Shown here: positions 11,294-20,949 of the stretch, piece by piece | Layout of the letters: each line of letters starts with the position of its first letter | How positions within the stretch are numbered: position 1 is the stretch's first letter | Source: an uncultured delta proteobacterium | GTDB taxonomy: Bacteria; Bdellovibrionota; FAC87; UBA2466 | Direction: 5' to 3' | Assembly: GCA_963778115.1 (NCBI GenBank) | Contig: CAVZSV010000004.1 | Coordinates: 160,001-224,000, forward strand | DNA: 64,000 nucleotides | Notes under the pieces: model-generated | Seen by the model: the letters and a program-made list of their open reading frames with translations, nothing else | The model's database searches: none | What the model was told of the DNA's origin: nothing | Translations under genes and position numbers: made by a program

Positions 11294-11902
11294 ATGCGTC
11301 CATGGATAGTCGCCGCCGTTTCATTCGTTTGCCTTAATCTGCCCCTTTCGGCCCTTGCCGATCCGAAGGACGTCACTTTTGGTTGTAAAGTCCGTTACAC
11401 GTTAGGTTCCCAAACCGGAAAAGGAATGGACGATATTGTTTTGCCTAATGGGAATAAATTGGGAGTTTTCACCGGAGGAGCTCTGTTTACGACAGTAGTG
11501 ATCTTCGAAAAAGGTGCCAAACTTAACGAAATGGGTGCCACTTACGGAGTTTTGGAAGGTCGCAACGAAAAAACCTCTATTCGAGTAGCGCCGCTGGTAA
11601 CCGCCGACGGAAAGTACGGAATAAGCCATGCTACACTCGCCACTTTAATTCCAGGAGAGTTTGACCGATTCGAGAGGCCTATAGTGGATGGAGCCGCGCA
11701 AATTGGGGATGCCGTCATTTTTGCGGATCAAACCAAAAGAGAGTTTACCCTGAGTAGTGCGGCCAAAGGTCTTTACACGGGTCCTGTGATCACTACAGGC
11801 CCTCACGGAGAAGAGATTATCGTTACCGACGTGAACGGAAAACAGTATCAGGCCACCAACGTTCCCATCATGGATGCGGTACTGCACTGTTCGTTTAAGT
11901 AA
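11294..11902 (+). CDS. Hypothetical secreted protein
   Basis: AGGAG Shine-Dalgarno, signal peptide ending ALA, Cys near both termini. Confidence 0.7.
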   Translation: MRPWIVAAVSFVCLNLPLSALADPKDVTFGCKVRYTLGSQTGKGMDDIVLPNGNKLGVFTGGALFTTVVIFEKGAKLNEMGATYGVLEGRNEKTSIRVAPLVTADGKYGISHATLATLIPGEFDRFERPIVDGAAQIGDAVIFADQTKREFTLSSAAKGLYTGPVITTGPHGEEIIVTDVNGKQYQATNVPIMDAVLHCSFK

Positions 11903-12044
11903 AGATTAGCGTAACCACTTAGCTGAAATCCCCGAGCACGGAAGTAAATGAGAAAGCGTCTGATTTTGGGGCCTAGAGCATGACGAAGAGCAAGAGATCG
12001 ACAGCTTAGGGACGATGTCGTTGTCAGAGCTGAAGGGTTACCGA

Positions 12045-12608
12045 TTAGCTCTTTATTTTTTCAACATAGGCACCGCTTCGAGTATCGATCTTGAGGCGGT
12101 CGCCTTTGTTGACGTGAAAGGGAACCGTCACGTTAAGACCGGTGGATACGGTCGCAGGCTTTCCGCCGCCGCTAACGGTATCACCCTTAATACCGGGCTC
12201 GGTATAGGTCACTTCAAGCTCCACAAAATTAGGCATATCGACCGCGATGGGTTTGCCTTGATAGTAGAGAACTTCAATCTCTAAGTTTTCGACGAGGTAG
12301 TACTTGTTTTCGCCGATGGTCTTAGTATCCAGCCCTATCTGTTCGTAGGCTTCAAGGTCCATAAACTGGTAGCCATTACCGTCGGTGTAAAGGTACTGCA
12401 TAATCTTCTTTTCTAACTCAGGCTCCCCGACTCGCTCCCCTGATTTGAACGTCTTATCAATAACGTTGTTATTGAATAGGTTCTTCAACCGTGTCCTGAC
12501 AAACGCGTTTCCCTTACCAGGCTTTACGTGTTGAAACTCTTGGATTTGGTAGGGCACTCCGTCTACTTCGATATAAAGAGCCTTCTTGAATTCCGACGTA
12601 TCGATCAT
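12045..12608 (-). CDS. efp: Elongation factor P
   Basis: FQHVKPGKGNAFVRT, TEPGIKGDT, KIDTRSGAYVE. Confidence 0.97.
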   Translation of the reverse strand: MIDTSEFKKALYIEVDGVPYQIQEFQHVKPGKGNAFVRTRLKNLFNNNVIDKTFKSGERVGEPELEKKIMQYLYTDGNGYQFMDLEAYEQIGLDTKTIGENKYYLVENLEIEVLYYQGKPIAVDMPNFVELEVTYTEPGIKGDTVSGGGKPATVSTGLNVTVPFHVNKGDRLKIDTRSGAYVEKIKS

Positions 12609-12752
12609 GCGAGCTTCCTCTTCAGATTAAACGCCTGTTTTCCCTTATCTTTGGGGAAAATTCAAGGGTTGTGTGAATAGCTTAAATACGGGCATCCTCG
12701 TGCAAGGAGGCAGGGGAGCCAGTCCAGCGCTCTTAATTTCTATTTCATGAAG

Positions 12753-13751
12753 TTAGCTATGGGAATGCTGAACGCGCTTAAGCAGATCTCTGAGAACTTC
12801 GATCTTCCTATTTCTTAAGATCGTATCCGAACCGACTCCTAATTTCAGTCGGCAAGCGTTCACTTTCCGCGCAAGATCAGCGCTTGGATTTTTTTCGGCC
12901 AGCTTCTCAAAGATGCGAAGCGATCGATCGAATTGCCCTTGGGAATAGTACAGATCGCCCAAAGTCTCAGTCGTTATTTCCTGACGACCTTTGGGTTGGC
13001 TCTCATTAAAGATATGGCTGACATGTTCTATTTTAAAGGCTTCGTCTTCGGTGTCGTCGTCGGAAAAGAAATTGTCTAGTAAAGCATCTGCCCCAGTTGC
13101 CGCGGTTTGAGGAACTGCCGCAGGCTCTTCAAGTTTTGCCGCCAACGAGTTCGGTTTTTCGGCAACGCCCGAAGACTCGGGTGCTGGCTCCACAGTTACC
13201 GTTTCGGTGACTTCCACCGCCGGTACTTTCTCTTCCGGAAGTGGCAAAGGAGCTAATTTCGTGGCCTCCTCGGCTTCTCCTTTTTCTAGAGTATAAACTT
13301 GCTCCGCAAGTGCTACGTCCGCGGGTGAAAGTAGCAGCGCCATTTTGTACGCGTGGAGACTAGCGGCGAAATCTTTTTGTGCTAAGCAGACATCTCCCAA
13401 AAGACGCTGGGCTAATAGATTTTCCGGAACGAACTGGATCACCCGTTCCAACTCCACACGCGCTTCCGGCAACCGGCGTTTGTCGATAAGACATTTGGCC
13501 AGTGTCACTCTGCCCCCGTGAAAGTCGGGATGGTGATTGAGTCCCTCTTTACAAATATCGATAGCTTCGTCCACCCTTCCCAACCGCCGATAGGCTTCCG
13601 CAAGCGGTGCAAAGACTCGGCTTGTCGGATCCTCTTGGTAGCGACGAAGATACTCTCGAAAATAGGGAGGAAAGTTATCGTAAATACGCCCCAGCGCGTC
13701 TCTTACGCGATTCTGGCGCGCTGATTTTTCGGGCGATTTCTCAAGTGTCAT
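12753..13751 (-). CDS. Tetratricopeptide repeat protein
   Basis: DPTSRVFAPLAEAYRRLG TPR start, acidic/Pro linker, C-terminal TETLGDLYYSQG TPR. Confidence 0.8.
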   Translation of the reverse strand: MTLEKSPEKSARQNRVRDALGRIYDNFPPYFREYLRRYQEDPTSRVFAPLAEAYRRLGRVDEAIDICKEGLNHHPDFHGGRVTLAKCLIDKRRLPEARVELERVIQFVPENLLAQRLLGDVCLAQKDFAASLHAYKMALLLSPADVALAEQVYTLEKGEAEEATKLAPLPLPEEKVPAVEVTETVTVEPAPESSGVAEKPNSLAAKLEEPAAVPQTAATGADALLDNFFSDDDTEDEAFKIEHVSHIFNESQPKGRQEITTETLGDLYYSQGQFDRSLRIFEKLAEKNPSADLARKVNACRLKLGVGSDTILRNRKIEVLRDLLKRVQHSHS

Positions 13752-13795
13752 GTGGTTGGTATCATCATAAATCGCCAGCCAGGGTATGGAAAGTG

Positions 13796-15181
13796 CTAAG
13801 TCTCATCTGATGCATCGCTCCACAAACCGGCCCGTCGTTGCCTCTTCAGCGCTTCATAGAAGACAAATAACAGCAGCAGCTCCAAAGCCGCCCACTCCCA
13901 CCAACTCGGTCGAATACAACTTGTATAAAGCGGAGGGATCCATTCTCCCACTCTCTGCTGGGTGCGCATCAAAAAGTTCCAAGCATTTTCCATCAAACGA
14001 CTGCCATAGGGTCGCCAAGACAAAGGAAGTAGCGCCATAAAGATCGGTAGGAAAAACCCAGCGGGAATCAGAAAAATTTCCCACAACCAGGCCAGCAAAA
14101 TATTGTGAAGGGGCGCTGTCCAGGAAACCTTGGCGAACAGAAAGGCTGACAGTGGCCAAGCCAAGATCGGAAGTAACGTTGCGCCTACCAAATAGGAAAA
14201 CAGACGACGGCGTATTCTGGTTTCGTTAAGAACGGCTGCCGTAACTGCGGTTCCAAAAGCGCTCAGAAAAAAACTGGGATTTGCGATAAGTGGCGGATCC
14301 CAAATAATGAGCAACGCCACACTTGAAGTGGTCAGCTGCAGTGTCGAACAATGATGTCCTCTTCTTCTGAGCAGCCAAAGTGAAATTGCCATCGCTGCAG
14401 TTCTTGCGATAGGAGCCGCTCCATTGGAGAGAATCCAAAGAACGCTCGAACAAAGTACTGGCAGAAATTCACACCAATAAGGATACACTCTACGGATGAT
14501 GGTGGGACAGCTAGCTTTGAAAAAGCTTAGCAAAAGCCGTTGCAGGGCCAAAATAGCAATGAGAAGGCTCGTCACATGTTGGCCGCTGAGGGCCAAAATG
14601 GCGGCCATCCCCCCTTCTCGAAAATACGTCCGCAGGGATTGGGGAAGTCCCGAAAGATCTCCCGTCCAGACGGCTTTTTCAAAAGCGAGAAGTAAGGGAG
14701 TATGACGTCCCTGCCTTTCCAACCAATGTAGGAAACCATTTCGAAATCTAAGGGCTAACGACTTATTAGCACTCGGGTGAGGTTCCAAAGTGAGTTGAGC
14801 GACACGGCGAATGACGATGTGAGGAGGCGCTAACTGCCACAAGCCGTCTTGCATTTGCGCGGGATTTTTCAGCACGGCGGAACAATGAAAAGGGCCAAAA
14901 ATCCTCACCGAAAGACCGGAAAGGCTCCCCACCGGAAACTCGATGACCACTCGTCCCGTAAAACGTTTCCGCTGCCCTGCCGCGGTGAAAAGCTCCGCCC
15001 CCTCTAGAGTATGCTTTCCTGCTATAGACTCCGTCAGTCGGCCCCGAATAGTCGCAAAAGCATGACCAGTAGCCCTTTCCCGTGAAGCGCACCAGTCGAG
15101 AGAATCCTCCCGAATCGATTTTTCTTGGGCAAGCCGCAGTAGTGTAGCCAACAAAAGTAGGATATAGATAACGCGTCTCAC
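13796..15181 (-). CDS. comEC: ComEC/Rec2 family competence membrane protein
   Basis: Competence-domain motif GGMAAILALSGQHV, IARTAAM, PSFFLSAFG; many TM helices. GTG 15181 chosen because the longer ORF overlaps rplU. Confidence 0.8.
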   Translation of the reverse strand: MRRVIYILLLLATLLRLAQEKSIREDSLDWCASRERATGHAFATIRGRLTESIAGKHTLEGAELFTAAGQRKRFTGRVVIEFPVGSLSGLSVRIFGPFHCSAVLKNPAQMQDGLWQLAPPHIVIRRVAQLTLEPHPSANKSLALRFRNGFLHWLERQGRHTPLLLAFEKAVWTGDLSGLPQSLRTYFREGGMAAILALSGQHVTSLLIAILALQRLLLSFFKASCPTIIRRVYPYWCEFLPVLCSSVLWILSNGAAPIARTAAMAISLWLLRRRGHHCSTLQLTTSSVALLIIWDPPLIANPSFFLSAFGTAVTAAVLNETRIRRRLFSYLVGATLLPILAWPLSAFLFAKVSWTAPLHNILLAWLWEIFLIPAGFFLPIFMALLPLSWRPYGSRLMENAWNFLMRTQQRVGEWIPPLYTSCIRPSWWEWAALELLLLFVFYEALKRQRRAGLWSDASDET

Positions 15182-15302
15182 GCTTGGCAAAGATGCAAGG
15201 CGCAAGCCCAAAAAGGGTATTCGGGAGCAGATAAACAAAGTCTTGACTATATAAGCTAAACTGCAATATTTACGAACCTTACTTATTTTAGGTGGAGAAT
15301 CC

Positions 15303-15620
15303 GTGTACGCAGTAATTCGAACAGGTGGCAAACAATATAGAGTAGAACCGAACGTGGAACTGTTGGTAGAGAAGCTGCCCACGGAAGCGGGTCAACCTCT
15401 GGAGATCACGGACGTCCTTCTTTATTCCGATGGCCAAGATGTCGCTATCGGAACCCCGAAGGTGCCGGTAACCGTACACTGCCTTTGTGTTGGGCATGAA
15501 AAAGGCGATAAGTTGCGCACGGTAAAATACCGACGCCGCAAGAATTTTCGTCGTACCTACGGACACCGTCAAAACTACACTCGTCTGCTCGTTCAGAAGT
15601 TCGAGAGAAAGGGTAACTAA
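15303..15620 (+). CDS. rplU: 50S ribosomal protein L21
   Basis: [14 protein letters not shown]...GHRQNYTRL. Confidence 0.98.
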   Translation: MYAVIRTGGKQYRVEPNVELLVEKLPTEAGQPLEITDVLLYSDGQDVAIGTPKVPVTVHCLCVGHEKGDKLRTVKYRRRKNFRRTYGHRQNYTRLLVQKFERKGN

Positions 15621-15910
15621 TGGCTCACAAGAAAGCTGGCGGCAGTTCGAGGAACGGTAGAGACAGTCAAGGACAGCGTCTCGGAGTAAAAATTTTTGGT
15701 GGAGAATACGTTAGAGCGGGAAACATTCTAGTCCGACAACGAGGAACGCGTGTCCATGCGGGCCTCAACGTTGGGACCGGACGCGATTGGACCTTATTCG
15801 CCCTTATTAACGGACGAGTGAAGTTCGACCGACTCGACAAGACCCGTAAGAAGGTAAGCATCGTCCCCCTTGAAGCCACAGCACCCGTGACTGCAACCGC
15901 CGCGAAGTAG
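15620..15910 (+). CDS. rpmA: 50S ribosomal protein L27
   Basis: [21 protein letters not shown] coupling with rplU. Confidence 0.98.
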   Translation: MAHKKAGGSSRNGRDSQGQRLGVKIFGGEYVRAGNILVRQRGTRVHAGLNVGTGRDWTLFALINGRVKFDRLDKTRKKVSIVPLEATAPVTATAAK

Positions 15911-15957
15911 GTTTCGGCTCAGTAGATACGGTCTGTTCTATTCTCTGGCTTCCTACC

Positions 15958-15983
15958 GTTTCTGCGCGAAACGCGGCAGAAAC
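15958..15983 (+). other. Stem-loop between rpmA and obgE
   Basis: GTTTCTGC-GCGAAACGC-G-GCAGAAAC hairpin, no U-tract. Confidence 0.4.
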
Positions 15984-16040
15984 AACTATCTATCGCCGCA
16001 TTTTCTTATTCTGTGCTAAGAAGTCTCTGGTGAGGTTTTT

Positions 16041-17123
16041 GTGGCCCTTATTGACGAAGTAGTCATTCGCGTCTTTGCCGGTGCCGGCGGGAACGGTTGC
16101 GTAAGCTTCCGCAGGGAGAAGTATGTTCCTCGCGGCGGACCCGATGGCGGGAATGGCGGATGGGGCGGATCTATCTTCCTGAAAGCCACGCGGGATAAGA
16201 CAAGCCTTCTCGATTTTAAATACCGACCCAAATTCGAAGCCGATAGAGGCGAGCACGGAATGGGCAGCGACATGGACGGGCGCGGCGGTGAAGATCTCTA
16301 TATTTCAGTCCCCATGGGAACCATGGTCTTCAATGATGAAACCGGTGAACTCATCGAAGATCTTATTCATGATGACCAGCTGCTTTTGGTGGCCGAAGGA
16401 GGCCGAGGAGGCCGAGGCAATCGAACCTTCAAAAGTTCCACTAACCGTGCTCCCCGGGTTGCGACTCCGGGAAAATTAGGGGAGACCTTAACGCTGCGAT
16501 TGGAACTTCGGGTACTGGCTGATATCGGCCTCATTGGACTTCCCAACGCTGGTAAATCGTCCTTTCTAAGAGTGATTTCACGAGCGACCCCCCGAGTCGC
16601 GGACTATCCTTTTACTACCTTGGAGCCCCATCTGGGTGTCGTCGAAAATAAGGGGGCTAGCTTCGTTGTAGCCGATCTTCCGGGGCTTATCGAAGGAGCT
16701 GCTGAAGGGGCGGGTTTAGGACACAAATTTCTAAGACATGTCAGCCGTAATCGGATTCTCTTGCATCTAGTCGATATCAGCGCTCCTCCCGACGACATTT
16801 TGAAGAATGTGAAGGTCATTCGCGAGGAGCTTCGCCAATACGATCCTCAGTTACTCGAAAGACCGGAGCTTCTTGTCTTCACCAAGTGCGACTTGCTCGA
16901 TTCAAAGGCACTAGCCGAAACGCTGAAAACGCTATCTGGACTTGGCTTAGAAGGATTTGCGATCAGTAGCCAGACCGGATTGGGCATGGAAACCCTGCTT
17001 GACGAACTTTCACAACGCACCGCGGAATATAAAAAGCTAGAAAGGGAAGCCCAGGAATTAGAACAGGCCGAACAGACCGAATCGCCGCAATCCCCCTCTG
17101 CCGGTTTAGAAGCTTCTATATAA
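16041..17123 (+). CDS. obgE: GTPase ObgE/CgtA
   Basis: FRREKYVPRGGPDGGNGG, GLPNAGKSS, DYPFTTL, DLPGLIEGA; follows rplU-rpmA. Confidence 0.97.
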   Translation: MALIDEVVIRVFAGAGGNGCVSFRREKYVPRGGPDGGNGGWGGSIFLKATRDKTSLLDFKYRPKFEADRGEHGMGSDMDGRGGEDLYISVPMGTMVFNDETGELIEDLIHDDQLLLVAEGGRGGRGNRTFKSSTNRAPRVATPGKLGETLTLRLELRVLADIGLIGLPNAGKSSFLRVISRATPRVADYPFTTLEPHLGVVENKGASFVVADLPGLIEGAAEGAGLGHKFLRHVSRNRILLHLVDISAPPDDILKNVKVIREELRQYDPQLLERPELLVFTKCDLLDSKALAETLKTLSGLGLEGFAISSQTGLGMETLLDELSQRTAEYKKLEREAQELEQAEQTESPQSPSAGLEASI

Positions 17124-17320
17124 CGCCCGGCAAAGTGGCCGAATGCAAAGCGCTTAACCTACCGCTTCCCAATCTCGCCACTTTAACTAAATTTTGTCGC
17201 CTTTTCCGCACAAAGTTCACTACCTACTCCCCCGGTTTATTAAAGAATTCCGCCCGGATGCCGTTATATCAGAAGTATCTTTGGTTCCTTGTTGGTAGTC
17301 CGATTTTCCAAGGAGTTCGA

Positions 17321-17509
17321 ATGAGTGACGAGCGTAAGACCCAGTCAGTTTTGGCGAAGAACGACATCAAGGATCTGCTCGATGAAGTTTTGAATTTTGG
17401 TCCGGAGAATGCGCCAGCCCGCACCGACATTTCTGAAAGACTGCGTGAACTAGTTAGAAGACTCGAAGATATCAATCGCCGAATCGATCATCTTTCCACA
17501 CGTTTGTAG
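17321..17509 (+). CDS. Small hypothetical coiled-coil protein
   Basis: AAGGAG SD before ATG 17321; 62 aa; followed by a terminator. Confidence 0.6.
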   Translation: MSDERKTQSVLAKNDIKDLLDEVLNFGPENAPARTDISERLRELVRRLEDINRRIDHLSTRL

Positions 17510-17522
17510 GTCCAACATTACT

Positions 17523-17568
17523 AAGAGCCTGGTAAGTCGATCTCTAGATCCCCTTACCAGGCTCTTTT
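17523..17568 (+). terminator. Rho-independent terminator
   Basis: AAGAGCCTGGTAAG / CTTACCAGGCTCTT stem followed by T-run. Confidence 0.75.
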
Positions 17569-17609
17569 GGGCTCCCTACCCGCCTTCTTCTGTGGTAGTC
17601 CTAGCCCGC

Positions 17610-18320
17610 ATGCCTCAAGAACCAAAAGCGATAGCACTTCTCTCAGGAGGACTCGACTCTTCCGTAGCCATGGCCATGGCCTTAGCCAATGGTTGGAATA
17701 TCGTGACCGCCCTTACCTTTGACTATGGTCAAAGAGCTGCCGATCGAGAAATCGAGCATGCCGATAGCATCGCTCGCCATTTCGGAATCCTGCATAGAGT
17801 GCTTCGACTGGATTGGTTTAGAGAACTAGGAAAAGGGGGAGGACTTCTTGAGCCGGAATCTACCCTTCCCCAGCCCCAGTTTTCCGATTTGGAATCCCAC
17901 ACATTTACTTCTCATAGCGCCAAAGCGGTTTGGGTTCCTAATCGCAATGGTGTCTTTATCGAAATTGCGGCCCAATTAGCCGAAGATGCCGACGCTTCTG
18001 AAGTCATTGTCGGATTCAATAAAGAAGAGGCTCAAACGTTTCCGGACAATTCTGAAACCTATTTGAATGCTATTTCAGCGGCACTTTCGTTTTCCACCGA
18101 TGGAAAGGTCCGCGTTATCTCGCCGACTTCTAGTCTGGATAAAGTGCAAATTGTTCGTGAAGCCAAACATCTCTCGTTTCCGTTGCACCTTCTTTGGAGT
18201 TGTTACGAATCTCGGGGAGTCATGTGCGGCCGATGTGAATCTTGCATGCGTCTAAAGCGCGCTCTCAATCGAAACGAAATGCTGGGAGAGATTGATTTTG
18301 AAGACGCTCGTCTACCGTGA
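17610..18320 (+). CDS. queC: 7-cyano-7-deazaguanine synthase QueC
   Basis: LLSGGLDS PP-loop, FDYGQR, VWVPNRN, SCY...CGRCESC zinc motif. Confidence 0.93.
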   Translation: MPQEPKAIALLSGGLDSSVAMAMALANGWNIVTALTFDYGQRAADREIEHADSIARHFGILHRVLRLDWFRELGKGGGLLEPESTLPQPQFSDLESHTFTSHSAKAVWVPNRNGVFIEIAAQLAEDADASEVIVGFNKEEAQTFPDNSETYLNAISAALSFSTDGKVRVISPTSSLDKVQIVREAKHLSFPLHLLWSCYESRGVMCGRCESCMRLKRALNRNEMLGEIDFEDARLP

Positions 18321-18852
18321 TCGTGAAATCAAATACGACGGAAGCCAACTAGCACCGCACTGGATCTACCGCAATTTTGACCTCATGGGAGATTCATTAG
18401 TAGCTTTTGTCGGTCCCGCCGATGTCGCCTTAGATCACATGGTCGACCTTGAGGACGTAAAAAAGAAAGCCCCTATCTCTAGTCCCAAGATGCTCCATTT
18501 CATCGCAGAGTGGTTTCACGACTCTTTGGAAGCGGCCATATTAACCCAACATCTATTTGTTTTTGAGATTTATGAAGCTCTCTGGGACTTGGGAGTTCAA
18601 GGGATCCGTCGTCGCGGAAACGACCTATACGTGGATGACCGTAAATTAAATGTTTCTATTGCCACTAAGACCTTAACCAGTGTCCTCATGCATACCGCCG
18701 TAAATATTCTGACGGAGGGGACCCCGGTACCGACTTCGGGACTTTCTCAACTCGAAATCGAACCTTTCACTTTTGCGGAAGTTGTTCTTAAGCGCTTTGA
18801 AAAAGATTCTGCCCTTTGGAATGCAGCTCGGACTAAGGTCTTGCCCCGATAA
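18292..18852 (+). CDS. DUF366 family protein (biotin/lipoate-ligase-like fold)
   Basis: YDGSQLAPHW, MVDLED, MLHFIAE, RRGNDLYVDDRKLNVSIAT. Overlaps the queC 3' end; start is TTG 18292 or 18298. Confidence 0.8.
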   Translation: MILKTLVYRDREIKYDGSQLAPHWIYRNFDLMGDSLVAFVGPADVALDHMVDLEDVKKKAPISSPKMLHFIAEWFHDSLEAAILTQHLFVFEIYEALWDLGVQGIRRRGNDLYVDDRKLNVSIATKTLTSVLMHTAVNILTEGTPVPTSGLSQLEIEPFTFAEVVLKRFEKDSALWNAARTKVLPR

Positions 18853-18861
18853 AGTGAGCAA

Positions 18862-19392
18862 TCACTTTGGAACCTTCTCCTGGTAAAGGACCATGCTACG
18901 GCGAATGGTTTCGAAGGCCTCACTTGGCCCCAAGAAATCGTTCACCTTCACCTGTTTATTCTCTAAAACTTTGTAGTCCTCAAAAAAACGCTTCACCACT
19001 TTTAGACGGTGGGGGGGTAGCTCTGAAATAGAAATATAATGAGAGTATTCGGGGTCATCCAAGTGGACAGCGATGATCTTATCATCCAGCTCTCCTTGAT
19101 CCACCATCCTCATGACGCCTATGGGTCTTGTGCGCATTAAACAGAGCGGAACGGTGGACTCTTGGCCCAGAACCAAAATATCAAGAGGATCATGATCCTC
19201 GCTCAGCGTTCGCGGAATAAATCCGTAATTGGCAGGATAATGAACCGAGCTAAACAGAACTCTATCTACCTTGATAAATCCGCTGGGCTTATCGAGTTCG
19301 TATTTGATCTTGGAACCCATGGGAACTTCGATTACCGCGGTCACGACATGCGGAGCATCCTCACCTATCTCTACATCATGCCAAGGGTGCAT
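18862..19392 (-). CDS. ppa: Inorganic pyrophosphatase (family I)
   Basis: [36 protein letters not shown]. Confidence 0.95.
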   Translation of the reverse strand: MHPWHDVEIGEDAPHVVTAVIEVPMGSKIKYELDKPSGFIKVDRVLFSSVHYPANYGFIPRTLSEDHDPLDILVLGQESTVPLCLMRTRPIGVMRMVDQGELDDKIIAVHLDDPEYSHYISISELPPHRLKVVKRFFEDYKVLENKQVKVNDFLGPSEAFETIRRSMVLYQEKVPK

Positions 19393-19401
19393 GGATCTGC
19401 G

Positions 19402-19617
19402 CTACCCTACTTTTTGGGCTAGATATCCCAACTTATCGATAAGATTACGGACTAACTTCTCTTCTCGTTTGAGGCCATCTTTAAAAGCCGTAGTTTCGGC
19501 GTGATAAATAGATTCTCGAATGGTTCCCAAGCGATCGGCTAAAGCACTGAGCAAGTAATCCTTCTCTTCCATGGTAAATTGCAGCGTTAATGGCGAACTT
19601 AAATTAGGGTTACGCAT
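19402..19617 (-). CDS. Small hypothetical helical protein
   Basis: GGAG SD before ATG 19617; 71 aa; same strand as ppa. Confidence 0.5.
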   Translation of the reverse strand: MRNPNLSSPLTLQFTMEEKDYLLSALADRLGTIRESIYHAETTAFKDGLKREEKLVRNLIDKLGYLAQKVG

Positions 19618-19697
19618 AAGGACTCCTTCCGACAAGCTTCTCACTAGAAGCCCATTTACCTTTAGCCATGGCGACAAAGCAATCGATAGTATGGGAA

Positions 19698-20804
19698 TTA
19701 TTCTCTTCCGGACGAGGCGCAAAGAGCGGCGTGATAAGAAGCAGGAAGGGTGCGGTGCAAAGCGGTTAGAAACCTCAACCGACGCATAGAGGCTTGAAGG
19801 GACTCTCTAGCATTGTGCCCGGATGAGAGGACGGCAATATTGCGAGAAAGAGAATCGGCGAAGATGTCGGTTTCGAGAGAAGCTATTTTTTCGTATCCGT
19901 GCGCTAGGGCGCGGAAAATCTGATGCTGATTTCTTATCAAATCTCCTTGCGAATTTATCTGCGGCTCAAGCTTAAGAACAAATTCGGCGTTTGAAGCCAA
20001 CCGAAGGCAAAGGACTCGAAAACGTTCAGAGCTTGCGACTTTGATGTCTGATTTTCCTAAGGATAACTCTATCGCCCGCCCGATCTTACCTACCGTCGAA
20101 GTGTATAGGCCAATCGAAGGAAGCTTAGGGGCTCGGACATGAAAGCCCAAACTCCCTTCATCCGAAGCTTCCCCCGAAGTCGCCCAAACCTGGCAGGAAA
20201 TTGCGGAACTTTTCGGATACCCCTTAGGGTGGCCAATTTTTCTAAGAACCGATTCGGTGAGCGCTAACAAATGGGGCCCTTCATAGCCCAATGGACCCAA
20301 TGCAAAATCACGAAACCGTCCCTTCACATTGTCCCATACTCGATTCTTCGTAAATTCCGCATAGATCTCTCTCACCTCTAAAGCAGTCTGAGTGTGCGCG
20401 CAAACCACTTCGAGGAATTGATCCACCACGGATGTTTCAAAATACTGTGAATTTTCCACTACACGAGATAAGGGATATTTCTTTAGCGTGGTTTCCAGCT
20501 GTTCCAGTTGTCCTTCTTCCACCACTGGCTTTTCCACAATGATCCGTGCTTCGGGATGGTGGGAGAGAATACATTCGATACCAGCTAAATGATCTTCCGT
20601 GGGGCTGCAGATGATAAACAGTTCTATCTGTGAGAGACTTACCTCTTCTCGAAGGGACTCCACATTTTCGAAGATTTCCTTACTAGAAGATTCTACATAG
20701 GGGTCGACGAGCAGAGTTCTTTTGGCGAGCCCTTTAAGAAGAGGCTCATACCATTGGGCAATTCGTCCGTATCCGACTAAACACACTACATTGAGCACGC
20801 GCAA
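19698..20804 (-). CDS. Gfo/Idh/MocA family oxidoreductase
   Basis: LVGYGRIA Rossmann motif, ICSPTEDH, IVEKP. Confidence 0.7.
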   Translation of the reverse strand: MRVLNVVCLVGYGRIAQWYEPLLKGLAKRTLLVDPYVESSSKEIFENVESLREEVSLSQIELFIICSPTEDHLAGIECILSHHPEARIIVEKPVVEEGQLEQLETTLKKYPLSRVVENSQYFETSVVDQFLEVVCAHTQTALEVREIYAEFTKNRVWDNVKGRFRDFALGPLGYEGPHLLALTESVLRKIGHPKGYPKSSAISCQVWATSGEASDEGSLGFHVRAPKLPSIGLYTSTVGKIGRAIELSLGKSDIKVASSERFRVLCLRLASNAEFVLKLEPQINSQGDLIRNQHQIFRALAHGYEKIASLETDIFADSLSRNIAVLSSGHNARESLQASMRRLRFLTALHRTLPASYHAALCASSGRE

Positions 20805-20949
20805 CGTCTCCTACCTTCGCTAGTCGGGTTCAGTGCAAGTTTGTAGCCACGCGATGGGTGGAGGAGGCTTTGGAGATGGTTGGCTGAAGAGTGGACAAAG
20901 GTGACGAATTTCGTCGCTTGGCTTAAGGCGATGATAGAATAACCTCTCA

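Noticed and set aside
15182..15382. ComEC N-terminal extension overlapping rplU
   Set aside because: Antisense overlap with a conserved ribosomal gene; GTG 15181 gives a sensible N-terminal TM helix.
17510..17609. preQ1 riboswitch upstream of queC
   Set aside because: The hairpin fits a terminator for the upstream gene; no preQ1-I stem-loop with an A-rich tail.
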